From Octopus sinensis (Eukaryota), in NCBI RefSeq assembly GCF_006345805.1, contig NW_021823629.1, positions 1 through 21,850 of the forward strand: a stretch of DNA of 21,850 bases, given 5' to 3'. The translations under genes were made by a program, and so were the position numbers. Within the stretch, counting starts at the first letter, position 1. Every line of letters begins with the position of its first letter. The notes below the pieces were generated by a model. The model was not told the DNA's origin, ran no database searches, and saw nothing but the letters and a program-made list of their open reading frames with translations. Shown here one piece after another: positions 1-9,598 of the stretch.

Positions 1-1
1 C

Positions 2-424
2 AGAGTAAAAGGCAGACTGTATGATGCATGCGTACGTACAGCCATGCTACATGGTAGTGAAACATGGGCCGTGACTGCTGAGGATATGCGTAAGCTCACA
101 AGAAATGAAGCCAGTATTCTCCGATGGATGTGTAATGTCAGTGTTCATAATCGTCAGAGTGTAAGTACCTTGAGAGAAAAGTTGAACCTAAGAAGCGTCA
201 GTTGTGGTGTGCAAGAGCGACGGCTGCGCTGGTATGGTCATGTGACGAGAATGGCTGAAGATAGTTGTGTGCAAAAGTGCTACACCCTAGCAGTTGAGGG
301 AACCTGTGGAAGAGGTAGACCCAGGAAAACCTGGGACGAGGTGGTGAAGCACGACCTTCGAACTTTAGGTCTCACCAAGGAAATGACTAGAGACCGAGAC
401 CTATGGAAGTATGCTGTGCGTTAG
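2..424 (+). CDS. RTE reverse transcriptase C-terminal region (5'-partial)
   Basis: The frame is open from base 2 (RVKGRLYDACVRTAMLHGSETW...) to TAG 422-424. A second in-frame TAG at 440-442 (after KTRQD) may be the original stop. Confidence 0.85.
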   Translation, partial: RVKGRLYDACVRTAMLHGSETWAVTAEDMRKLTRNEASILRWMCNVSVHNRQSVSTLREKLNLRSVSCGVQERRLRWYGHVTRMAEDSCVQKCYTLAVEGTCGRGRPRKTWDEVVKHDLRTLGLTKEMTRDRDLWKYAVR

Positions 425-1436
425 AAGACCCGGCAAGACTAGTCAGGCCATAACCCGTGGCCCCTACCTGGGACGTAGTCAGTCCACCTGTGCATACCTT
501 CCTTCTTGTGACCTTGTGAAGACCTGCTGAGGCAAGTGAAAATCAAAATCAAAACAAATCAAAATAGATGAACATCAATGGAATTTGTATCTTTGTGGTA
601 CCAGTGCCGGTGGCACACAAGAAAACCATCCGAACGTGGCCGTAGCCAGTACCTCATCGACTGGCCTCTGTGCTGTGGGCACATAACAAACACCATCCGA
701 TCGTGGCCGTTCGCCAGCCTCATCTGGCACCTGTGTCGGTGGCACATAAAAACACCATCCGAAGACCCGGCAAGACTAGTCAGGCCATAACCCGTGGCCC
801 CTACCTGGGACGTAGTCAGTCCACCTGTGCATACCTTCCTTCTTGTGACACTTGTGAAGACCTGCTGAGGCAAGTGAAAATCAAAACAAATCAAAATAGA
901 TGAACATCAATGGAATTTGTATCTTTGTGGTACCAGTGCCGGTGGCACACAAGAAAACCATCCGAACGTGGCCGTAGCCAGTACCTCATCGACTGGCCTC
1001 TGTGCTGTGGGCACATAACAAACACCATCCGATCGTGGCCGTTCGCCAGCCTCATCTGGCACCTGTGTCGGTGGCACATAAAAACACCATCCGAAGACCC
1101 GGCAAGACTAGTCAGGCCATAACCCGTGGCCCCTACCTGGGACGTAGTCAGTCCACCTGTGCATACCTTCCTTCTTGTGACACTTGTGAAGACCTGTTGA
1201 GGCAAGTGAAAATCAAAATCAAAATCAAAACAAATCAAAATAGATGAACATCAATGGAATTTGTATCTTTGTGGTACCAGTGCCGGTGGCACACAAGAAA
1301 ACCATCCGAACGTGGCCGTAGCCAGTACCGCATCGACTGGCCTCCGTGCTGTGGGCACGTAACAAACACCATTCGATCGTGGCCGTTCGCTAGCCTCATC
1401 TGGCACCTGTGTCGGTGGCACATAAAAACACCATCC
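424..1436 (+). repeat. Three near-identical tandem copies of a ~332-344 bp RTE 3'UTR segment
   Basis: The unit start GAAGACCCGGCAAGACTAGTCAGGCC occurs at 424, 761 and 1093. Copies differ mainly in the number of AAAATC hexamers (2, 1, 3) and a few substitutions. Confidence 0.95.
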
Positions 1437-1603
1437 GAGCGTGGCCATCTGGCACCTGTGTCGGTGGCACATAAAAAACACCATCCGAGCGTGGCCGTTC
1501 GCCAGCCTCGTCTGGCACCTGTGTCGGTGGCACATAAAAAACACCATCCGAGCGTGGCCGTTCGCCAGCCTCGTCTGGCACCTGTGTCGGTGGCACATAA
1601 AAT
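1397..1603 (+). repeat. 63-bp tandem repeat in RTE 3'UTR (one 49-bp truncated unit plus full units)
   Basis: TGTGTCGGTGGCACA recurs at 1408, 1457, 1520 and 1583 (spacings 49, 63, 63). Confidence 0.9.
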
Positions 1604-1758
1604 CACCCACTACCCTCTCGGAGTGGTTGGCGTTAGGAAGGGCATCCAGCTGTAGAAACACTGCCAGATCTGACTGGCCTGGTGCAGCCTTCGGGCTCCC
1701 CAGACCCCAGTTGAACCGTCCAACCCATGCTAGCATGGAGAGCGGACGTTAAATGAAA

Positions 1759-1777
1759 TGATGATGATGATGATGAT
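1759..1777 (+). repeat. (TGA)n 3' tail of the RTE element
   Basis: TGATGATGATGATGATGAT lies directly after the conserved RTE terminus. Confidence 0.85.
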
Positions 1778-1796
1778 ATATATAGTAACCACCTTG

Positions 1797-2112
1797 TTTG
1801 TGGTGAAAGTTGGTGTGCATCAGGGATCTGTGCTGTCACCATTGTTGTTTGCAATAGTGGTTGATGTGGAGAAGGAGAATGCAAGAAAGAGACTGTAAAT
1901 GGAGATACTGTATGCAGATGACCTTGTTCTGATGAGAGAGAAGTTTTGGAAATGGAAGGAGGCATTTGAAAGCAAGGGTTTGAAGGTAAACCTTGGGAAA
2001 ACAAAGGTGATAGTGAGTGGGGTGGAAGGAGAAGTGTTGGTGAGTAAGGGGGATCCATGTGGTGTCTGTGGGAGGAGGGTAATGGCAAATGCAGTGTTGT
2101 GTATGACATGTG
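1797..2112 (+). pseudogene. Degraded RTE reverse-transcriptase fragment with start of an internal Cys-rich (PHD-like) insert
   Basis: Reads FVVKVGVHQGSVLSPLLFAIVVD...*MEILYADDLVLM...GLKVNLGKTKV...DPCGVCGRRVMANAVLCMTC, with an in-frame TAA at 1896-1898 and an apparent deletion after YADDLVLM. Confidence 0.88.
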
Positions 2113-2150
2113 ATAACATTGGAAAAATCCACATTTTTCATTAAAAAAAT

Positions 2151-2325
2151 TAGATATTTGTTGTTTTTTTCCTTCAATTTCAACCAATCAATGACGTCTA
2201 TTGAGGTGAAAACCCCAACCCTAAAACACATTGAAATGCAATAGATCGATACTAGGGTCATAATTATGGGTGACAATTTCATATGACACTGCTAGAAAAA
2301 ACTGCCGTTCAAACCGATAAGATCC
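2151..2325 (-). mobile_element. MITE-like element, inverted partial copy retaining one terminal inverted repeat (2296-2325)
   Basis: Reverse complement of the element at 8782-9158 and 13725-14100, with an internal deletion. Ends in AAAAAACTGCCGTTCAAACCGATAAGATCC. Confidence 0.8.
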
Positions 2326-2461
2326 AAAAGTTGTTTTTAAGTTACAATGGCTTAAAGTTCAATTATGTTTACTCATTCACAAAACGGTTTGGAAGCTATC
2401 ATTTTGAGCATGGCAACACGTGTTGTCAGATATTTGTGAATCTGTATTCTTCACACGGTAA

Positions 2462-2526
2462 TTTTACTTTTGTTTCAGTCATTCGACTGCGGCCATGCTG
2501 GAGCACCGCTTGCAGTAGAACAAATC
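2462..2526 (-). mobile_element. 3' fragment of tRNA-derived SINE (same family as 21003-21756)
   Basis: TGTTTCAGTCATTCGACTGCGGCCATGCTGGAGCACCGC matches ~21022-21060 almost exactly. Confidence 0.8.
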
Positions 2527-3616
2527 TACAACTCTCTCCCTTCTCTTTCCCCTCCTTAATTCTTTTGTTCCTCTTTTTCTCTCTCTTCTCTTCCCACGTG
2601 ACCGATAGGCCAGACAGCTAACCCTCTTTTTGCGTCTGACCACGGTCAGTGCAACATCGATATTCTTCCGTGTGTTGGTGGAAGCCCTGTATCTCTGCCT
2701 GTATCTCTGACGTTTTTTTTAGTGCATTCAACGATGCTCAGTCCAAACCCACGACCCGCCACATTCTTCCAGAAAAGAAAGGGGGAGGGGTGGTGGGGGA
2801 CCTTGGGGTTTCCCACCAACAGAGTTTTGTTTTGTTTTTTTTCTGGGTTATTTTACGTTTTCAATGTATGACATTGAAATTATACGTAAACGGCTCCTTT
2901 CCTTAGAAAAAGAAAGATTCGGCCACTATTTCTTGCATGCCCTACTACCACGTAACAGCTATATTGAGTCCTTTATCGTAAATAGCTGTTGTATGGTAAC
3001 AGGGCATGCTAGAAATAGCAACCAAGTCTTTGGAAATGAGATACATTAAATGCACTTGAAAAAAACCTATGGAAAGAATTTATTTCACAGTGAGGTTATG
3101 AACAGGTCTTTTACGAAATATTTACGGTATTTCTAAAGCCATCTTCACTTTAAAATATTTTTTAAATATGCCAAAACAATATTCGTAATGGTATTCAATC
3201 GAATATAATAAAAAAATAAAATTGTCTGTTTAAAGAAAGCTAAAATATAAATACAAAAAAGCAAATATAGAAACATTTCCTGTAAAAACAACTTTTTTTG
3301 TTGGCAAGTTAGTCATAATGTGTCTAATCGAAAGGCTAAAAATTCTTCCTTTTCAGGGTTAAGTTACTTTTGGTGTATTTTCCCAATATGCACTGTTTTG
3401 GGTATTTATACCCACCAAAACTCCTAATATCTCAAGAACCAATTGTCCAATTCACACGAAACTTGTTTTATTCCGTTTGTATTCACATTTCAGGAAAGTC
3501 TTAATTCTTAGTATTTTCCCCATTATGTGCCATTTTGGCTATGTAACATTTGAAGCAAGATTGAAGTTCATTTTTAATGTAATATATGTGTGTGTGTGTA
3601 TAGGTTTGCCTACTTA

Positions 3617-3700
3617 CAACTGCAATACAAGTATTTAGTTGTGAATAAACCATTATACTTGGCACTTGTTGGCCTGGAGAAAGTCTTTGATATAATTCCT
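3617..3700 (+). pseudogene. Short RTE RT relic
   Basis: QLQYKYLVVNKPLYLALVGLEKVFDIIP resembles the conserved RT segment QLQEKY...LYxAFVDLEKAFDRVP. Confidence 0.7.
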
Positions 3701-3802
3701 CAGTTGGCCACACACCAAGGTTCAACAGAACCTACTGAAGCAAGCCAACGTGCTTCTGGCATTATCACAGGCAAGAGCAAGAAGTCGACATTAAAGTTCA
3801 TA

Positions 3803-4021
3803 CTGTTTTCAAATTTTGGCACAAGGCCAGCAATTCCACGTGTGTGTGTGTTAAGTTGAATATGTTGATTCCAGTGCTCAACCGTTGCTTATTTCCATGA
3901 AACCCCAAAAGGACGAAAGACAAAGTCCACCTTGGCAGAATTCAAATGCAAATGTCATGTCAGAAGAACCACAGCTAAGCATTTTCCCCAATGTGCTAAT
4001 GACCCTGCCAGTTCGCCACCT
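3803..4021 (-). mobile_element. Old, diverged tRNA-derived SINE (same family as 17729-17900)
   Basis: The minus strand begins GGTGGCGAACTGGCAGGGTCATTAGCAC... and contains GAATTCTGCCAAGGTGGACTTTGTCTTTC and CTGGCCTTGTGCC, colinear with the copy at 17729-17900. Confidence 0.75.
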
Positions 4022-4967
4022 TAGTTTATTATTAATTACTAGTGGGACCCATGTAAATTCTACAGAATGAAAAAAATTAAGAGGACCTATTTAAGAAAGA
4101 GAGGATGATTTGCATTTTTATAGCATTCATAGTTTTAGCTTTCTTTGAATATACTTGGCATCTCTCTACATCCAATTCCTCACAACACCATCGGTGCCAT
4201 CTTTTTCCTCTTTTTTATTATATCTTCTTAGTGTTCCATGCTCTAGATCTGTGCATCTTTTCTCAGGCAGCTTGCAACTGTGTCTCTTGTGAATCCATAG
4301 TTTAGGCTAAATTAATCCTTAGAAACAAATATCAATCTCTTAAGTGAGAAGGCGATAAATAATTGCAAAGAAGTGCAAGTGTTGAGTGATGGTCTCTATA
4401 AAAAAAAGAAATTCTTTTTCACTATGAACACACCACCACCATCATCTCTCTCTCTCTCTCTGTGCCTTTCTTTAATCTCACCATCAGAACATCACCCCTC
4501 TGCAAAGAATATATTTCTAACTCTTCTCTATATCACAACCTTCAGCTAGCTTTTTTAACCATAAAATAACTATTACATTCCCCCTATCACATGTCATACT
4601 TGCTTCTTTCTTAGTCTTTTGTCTCTCCCTTTTCTTTCTTTCTCTATTTGCCTCTCTCTTTGTCTTATAATCTCTTCTCTCTCTACCCCCTTTTCTCTAA
4701 TAACATGAAAGTGTTACTGACGAGCTAAGTAACAGAATGAGAAGCAGAATTATTATAAGATCACCTTACTCTATTTCTCCCTCCCTTTTCCCCACTTCTG
4801 TCCCCACCCCTCATTTATTCCACTAATCTAATGAAAGCATAACAGCTGTACAAACAAGCTGGTTATTATATATATACATAAATATTATTTTTGTCTGAGG
4901 TTTGGATAATATTTTTTGCAGAGTAATTACATATCACATAAGGAGACTGGAAAACAGTTTGATAGTA

Positions 4968-4973
4968 TTTATT
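4968..4973 (-). terminator. Putative polyadenylation signal AATAAA of zinc-finger gene 1
   Basis: TTTATT on the + strand, inside a block conserved with 9593-9598 at the distal edge of the duplicated unit. Confidence 0.5.
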
Positions 4974-5107
4974 CAGCATTACATATGTTTCATTACCTAA
5001 TAGGAATTACAAACTTTTAGACAAAGAGAAAACATGTAAAATATCTCCTATAAGAAATTCTTCATACATACATATATACACGTGTGTGAGTGTGTATGCA
5101 TAAGTGA

Positions 5108-5350
5108 GTGTACCCTTGTCCAGATATTATGTGATGTCCGTAAATGGCCATCATGACCGTCATACTTGTGTAGTTCTTCATTTCCAGTCCTCTGCGTAAA
5201 TTATGTCTCACCAGGGAAAATATTTCCTTGCTTGGAAACAGGTGAGGATTGGTGACAAGAAAGGGTACCCAGCTCAGGAAAATCTCCATCAATGAATTCC
5301 ATCTGATCCATTGAAGCATGGAAAAGCGAATTTTAAATGATGATGATTAT
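5108..5350 (+). mobile_element. Old RTE-related 3' end (LINE tail or SINE sharing it), antisense in the 3'UTR of gene 1
   Basis: GATTGGTGACAAGAAAGGGTACCCAGC...CCATTGAAGCATGGAAAAGCGAATTTTAAATGATGATGAT parallels the RTE terminus at 1625-1777. Confidence 0.65.
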
Positions 5351-5356
5351 CATCAT

Positions 5357-5683
5357 TGTAGTGACATGGTTCCTCTTCTGTATTAATGCAGTTATGTTTT
5401 AATAATTAATAATTTCATAGATTGACTTAGCAGAAATGTCTTAGGGTATGGTTTTATCTTTCATATTAATAGGACTGTGTAGAATTCTCCATTTTCATAG
5501 AATGATTAAGCACTGCTATCACAGTGATATGTCTTCCTTCCTCTGTCAATGCTCTTTTGATTCGTTAATAGATCATTTCAAATGAAAGGCTTACCATTGA
5601 TATAGTTTCTTTCTTGTGTAGAGGGTTTTATGAGATAAAAACTTGTCCTTCTGACGGAATGTTATACAACCAATGTCACTGTG
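5357..5683 (-). pseudogene. Fossil zinc-finger repeats downstream of the gene 1 stop
   Basis: Eroded 84-bp finger motifs on the + strand (AGAATGATT, ATCACAGTGATATG, GTGACATGGTTCCTCTTCTGTAT), with stops and indels. Confidence 0.7.
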
Positions 5684-6430
5684 TTATGGATCAACTTCAT
5701 AACGAGTACACTTGTGTTTAATTGAGTGATGTTTTCGTGAGAATGATTTACCACAGATGTCACAACGATATGGTTCCTCACCTGTGTGAATACGTTTATG
5801 TGCAGTCAAGTTACTGCCAACAGAGAATGATTTACCACAGATATCACAGTAGTAGGGTTTCTCCCCTGTATGAATACGCTTGTGTTTAGTTAAGCTACTG
5901 TTCTGAGAGAATGATTTACCACAGATATCACAGGGATATGGTTTCTCCCCTGTATGAATATGCTTGTGTGCGGTTAAGCTACTGCTAACAGAGAATGATT
6001 TGCCACAGATATCACAGCGATATGGTTTCTCACCTGTATGAACACGTTTGTGTTTATTTAAGTTATTGCCAGCAGAGAATGATTTACCACAGATATCACA
6101 GCAATATGGTTCCTCACCTGTGTGAATACGTTTGTGTGCAGTGAAGTTACTGCTAACAGAGAATGATTTACCACAGATATCACAGTGATATGGTTTCTCT
6201 CCAGTATGAATACGTTTGTGTTTCGTTAAGCTACTGCCAACAGAGAATGATTTACCACAGATATCACAATGATATGGTTTCTCACCTGTATGAGTACGTT
6301 TGTGTTGAATTAGGTTATTCCTGTCAGACAATGATTTACCACAGATATCACAGCGATATGGCTCTTGACTTGTATGAATTTGTTGGTGTTTACTGGATTT
6401 ACGTTTTTCTAAAAATGACATTTTGTACAT
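5684..6430 (-). CDS. C2H2 zinc-finger protein, gene 1 (7 intact fingers + 1 degenerate C-terminal finger)
   Basis: 248 aa of tandem CxxC-x12-HxxxH units with TGEKPY/TGEEPY linkers. No KRAB, BTB or SCAN domain is visible. Confidence 0.92.
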   Translation of the reverse strand: MYKMSFLEKRKSSKHQQIHTSQEPYRCDICGKSLSDRNNLIQHKRTHTGEKPYHCDICGKSFSVGSSLTKHKRIHTGEKPYHCDICGKSFSVSSNFTAHKRIHTGEEPYCCDICGKSFSAGNNLNKHKRVHTGEKPYRCDICGKSFSVSSSLTAHKHIHTGEKPYPCDICGKSFSQNSSLTKHKRIHTGEKPYYCDICGKSFSVGSNLTAHKRIHTGEEPYRCDICGKSFSRKHHSIKHKCTRYEVDP

Positions 6431-6860
6431 GCCACAGTCATATGATGATTTTCCGTATTCTTCCGATATTTCTTCAAGAACAAATAAAATCTAACCTTCT
6501 CTCACCAAAATATATGGATATTTTTCTTCTTTTTGCTTTTATAGTTTATTCCAAACAAATATCACTTCTCTTATATTTCTTGTAAACGTGATCATTGCCA
6601 ATATTTAAAAATGTTGCAAATACTCTTTGGAAATCCATCAAAGTATATTTAAAAGAGAAAATTTTCTCTTGCACATTTCAGACACAGAAGTAAAGAAATG
6701 CTTTCTCTCTCAGAGGAAATATTTTACTGTAATTCAGCAATGTTTTATAGAAGCAGGATTATACGTTTGTAGAATATCTTTGCAGAGTCTTTCAAACATG
6801 ATACATATTGATGATTCTTTAAAAGCAAAAAATACTTTTTAGCCAATTTCATGTGATTTC

Positions 6861-6885
6861 CTGACAGAATAGAAAAATAATATAA
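6861..6885 (-). promoter_or_regulatory. Predicted 3' splice acceptor of gene 1 (equivalents at 11993 and 16735)
   Basis: Minus strand TTATTTTTCTATTCTGTCAG|G. The copies read TTTTTTCTATTCTTTCAG|A. Conserved in all three units. Confidence 0.65.
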
Positions 6886-7400
6886 GACAAAAAGTATGTT
6901 TAAAAGGCAGATATTCAAAAGTGCAAATTTACGACATTTCTACTTTCATAAATTGTAGAAGTAATTCTTTATCTGAACTATTAAATTTATCCCATCTCTC
7001 TGTTTTCAAAAAGTTTATATCAGGGTGTAGACACATGCAATATAATAACATCCCCTGGACATTAAGTCTGTCATAGACACACACCAATATACATGTCAAT
7101 AACACTAGATATCTGATGTTTTCATCTCAGTCATGTGTCGTAAAAGAGATATCACACCTCATCTGCCTCTTTCCGTACATTTAAAAATATATAAATACAT
7201 ACATACAGGAAGCTTAATGTCAATATTCTGTGTTACATGAAACATGAATAAAAGTCAGCAAATAATCAGTATGGATGACTAACACCATCAAAATGTTTTG
7301 TGGGGAATTTTTGATGTAGGAAAAATCATTGGTTGAGGTGGAGAAGGAAATTGGTGACAATCCTTCTCAATGGGGGCAAATGATGCGTAATCACGGAGGT

Positions 7401-7417
7401 GTGAGTTCGAGTCTCAT
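7401..7417 (+). mobile_element. tRNA T-arm/B-box relic (SINE fragment) in intron; duplicate at 12531-12547
   Basis: GTGAG-TTCGAGT-CTCAT stem-loop, absent from the third unit. Confidence 0.45.
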
Positions 7418-8469
7418 AGCCTGCCGCCAACACTTTTCTGCAAAATAGGGGTAGCTTATCCTGTTCAGGCTATATTATTAGCAATATCCTGCCTTTGAGA
7501 ATTTAAAATCATTTCTTAAACTTCCTAAGACATCTCAAAAGCTTCTAAAGCAAACTTCGTTTGTTTGTTTACGTTCATCGTAATTTGAATTTAAATATAT
7601 ATGTATTACGAAGAGAGAAAAGGATAACTTAGGTAATTAATTGAAAATAACATTAAAATACAGAGTGCAATTCATATATAATGCCTTAAATCCCAACAAC
7701 AGACCATTGAATGTGTTTATGTGAAAAAAGATATCAAAAAACATTAGCACGTAAGAGTGAGAAAGAAACTCGGAAGGTATCAGGTGGTCGTGGGGTGCGC
7801 GATAAATAACAGCTAAATTGCTCTTCAATCGGTTTTTTCCCTTCTTTGTTGGTTTCATAACCGTTTGAATCCTTGCATGTACAGCAGAAATACGTAGAAA
7901 TTTTCTGAAAATTCCCCCAAAATAAAAATGTGATAAGCGGTTACATTGGGTGCTTAAAGAAAGACTCCTTTGCAAAAATAGATATCAATTGTAAGTTGTA
8001 ATGATGGAGAAGAACCTCCGGAAATAAAGACTTCCTAGGTTTTAAATAAAATCAGTTCCATTTCTTCTGTATACAATATTTACTTTTCGTTTCAGTATTT
8101 CAAGTGCACACTCGTATTTTTATACATTCCGTATGTCTTAGAAATTACATCGTAATTTTCCCGCGGAATTTACATGTGAGGAAGAAGGAGAAAAGTTATC
8201 TACACAAGGTATCCATCTGACGTTAACAAATAATATAGGAAATAACGAAAGATGCAATGAAATATCTGAATGTAAAGGAGTGAAAGAACAGCCTCACCGA
8301 AGTTGAAAAAGTGGGTTTCCATCGCAAAAAAATTAGGGAAAGGTAGGTGCGGTCCATGCCCTTTACCTCCGCTATTTCGTCTTTGTTTAGTGAGATTCTT
8401 TCTTGTAACTTACTCAACACATCGAAACAAACAGACGTACGTAATATGATACATATACAATAGAAATAT

Positions 8470-8475
8470 ACTTAC
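8470..8475 (-). promoter_or_regulatory. Predicted 5' splice donor of non-coding exon 1, gene 1 (equivalents 13402-13407, 18562-18567)
   Basis: Minus strand TATTACTAT|GTAAGTA is conserved in all three units, including the diverged third. Confidence 0.6.
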
Positions 8476-8554
8476 ATAGTAATATATATTCAGAGAGAGT
8501 CAACGATGAAAATATGAGAATATGTTGAATGAGTGAAAAGTTAGAGTGGACAGT

Positions 8555-8660
8555 GACAGCTTCAAGAGAATTTTTACGACGAATATTAATATTTAACAGG
8601 TCAACATAATAAAAAAAATGCTGCATTTGTTTCTTTAGACACTTAATTACCAATCACGTG
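8555..8660 (-). promoter_or_regulatory. Putative core promoter/TSS of gene 1 (equivalents 13487-13593, 18635-18765)
   Basis: The 19-bp block GACAGCTTCAAGAGAATTT is identical in the three units. TTAATTACCAATCA (CCAAT at 8650, 13583, 18740) lies ~80 bp upstream. An E-box CACGTG is adjacent in units 1 and 2. Confidence 0.5.
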
Positions 8661-8781
8661 TCAATTTAATTAGATTTTTTCTTCAATATCAGTTGTATAG
8701 TGGAACGGAGCAAGCAATACACATGCATACGGAGCAACAAAATTAGGAAGAATCAAGGGGAACTAAGTCTTGTCTTTATAC

Positions 8782-9158
8782 TCTAGCGGTGTCATATGAA
8801 ATTGTCACCCATAATTATGACCCTAGTATCGATCTATTGCATTTCAATCTATTTTAGGGTTAGGGTTGGGGGGAAGGATAATCTTTTTTTCTTCACAAAT
8901 GTAAATAAACCCAATCTGTTTCTTAAACGAGGGACATATTTATACGGCACAGGAATTTTTTCCTTATCTCAATGGACGTCATTGATTGGCTGAAATTGCA
9001 GAAAAAACAACAAATATCTTACAAAGTATAGAATTTTCTCAATAAAGCCAAGAGAGAAAGATGTTTTATAAACACATTCTACCAGTATACGAAGTTGAAA
9101 ATTTTTTAGTTACCTAGAATTTACGTTAAAAAAACTGCCGTTCAAACCGAAAAGATCC
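8782..9158 (+). mobile_element. MITE-like DNA element, left TIR missing, right TIR 9129-9158
   Basis: Shared with 13725-14100 and, inverted, with 2151-2325. Absent from the third unit. Contains TTAGGGTTAGGG. Confidence 0.8.
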
Positions 9159-9592
9159 TATATGTGTTAAAAAATTCCATCACGCAATCGAACCAATGTG
9201 AGAGCCTCTGCCTGGTCGCTCGACATGCTAAAAATAGCAGCCAAAGTATACCCCTATCTAAATCACATGCCCATTGTACGTAATGTCCTAGATTATGCCT
9301 CAAAAGACAGTTTGCTGAAGGCTGGAATGTCTTTGATGATACGTTTGCTGTATCAGGTTTGATTTGAGGCTAAATAACATTATGGTAAATTTCTATATTA
9401 ACTCCCGCATGATTTTCACTAAGAAAAAAATCAAAATGTTAGATTTTTTGTGTGGAATCAACTACCCTGACCTCATAATATGCTACAAAACCCTTTTATG
9501 GGTCCAAAACATGGGGTGGGGTGAGGTGGAAGCAATTTTCTTTTGACCTTAGAAAAAAACACATCAGGACAATGGAGAAGAGTTTGATATTA

Positions 9593-9598
9593 TTTATT
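9593..9598 (-). terminator. Putative polyadenylation signal AATAAA of gene 2
   Basis: Same conserved context as 4968-4973 (TATTTATTCAGCATTACA on +). Confidence 0.5.

Larger units (their letters stand above)
1..1777 (+). mobile_element. RTE-clade non-LTR retrotransposon, 3' portion (end of ORF, expanded 3'UTR, (TGA)n tail)
   Basis: RTE-type C-terminal protein motifs (GSETW, RRLRWYGHV.RM, GRGRPRKTW, DRDLWK). The 3'UTR ends ...GGTTGGCGTTAGGAAGGGCATCCAGC...AACCCATGCTAGCATGG...GACGTTAAATG and is followed by a (TGA)n microsatellite tail. The 5' part lies outside the window. Confidence 0.9.
6360..9525. repeat. Segmental duplication, copy A (5' region of gene 1 plus intergenic DNA)
   Basis: Colinear and nearly identical by eye to 11450-14467, with several indels. 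More distantly similar to 16200-18890. Confidence 0.95.

Noticed and set aside
1490-1545. Resemblance of GGCCGTTCGCCAGCCTCGTCTGGCACC to the HDV ribozyme
   Set aside because: P1, P1.1 and P2 pairings and the J4/2 catalytic C strand could not be built. The twister and pistol consensus loops are also absent.
604-1603. Repeat array superficially like a CRISPR array
   Set aside because: The intervening sequences are themselves repeated rather than unique spacers, the context is a eukaryotic LINE, and there are no cas genes.
559-1752. Many overlapping repetitive ORFs on both strands
   Set aside because: By-products of GC-richer tandem repeats in the RTE 3'UTR, with no protein motifs.
2530-2860. 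CT-rich then GC-richer segment with a CTGACC-AC-GGTCAG inverted repeat and a CCTGTATCTCTG direct repeat; possible LTR or repeat fragment
   Set aside because: No second copy, termini or TSD in the window, so it cannot be classified without a database search.
3350-3560. Possible DNA-transposon relic (AATATCTCAAGAACC...CCAATTCACACGAAAC)
   Set aside because: No identifiable TIR pair or second copy.
4712-4745. CTGACGAG resembling a hammerhead core, within a GTTAC/GTAAC hairpin
   Set aside because: No stem II followed by GAAA and no cleavage triplet in the right register.
7401-7417. tRNA gene
   Set aside because: Only a T-arm is present, with no acceptor, D or anticodon stems. Treated as a SINE relic.
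8854-8873. TTAGGGTTAGGGTTGGGGGG telomere-like or G-quadruplex-like tract (also ~13797-13816)
   Set aside because: Only two telomeric units, and part of the MITE body; not an interstitial telomere.
9160-9380. Possible old SINE body (CATGCTAAAAATAGCAGCCAA, similar to ~3005-3025; duplicated at 14102-14322)
   Set aside because: Only a ~20-nt match is supportable within the window, and no A/B boxes were seen.
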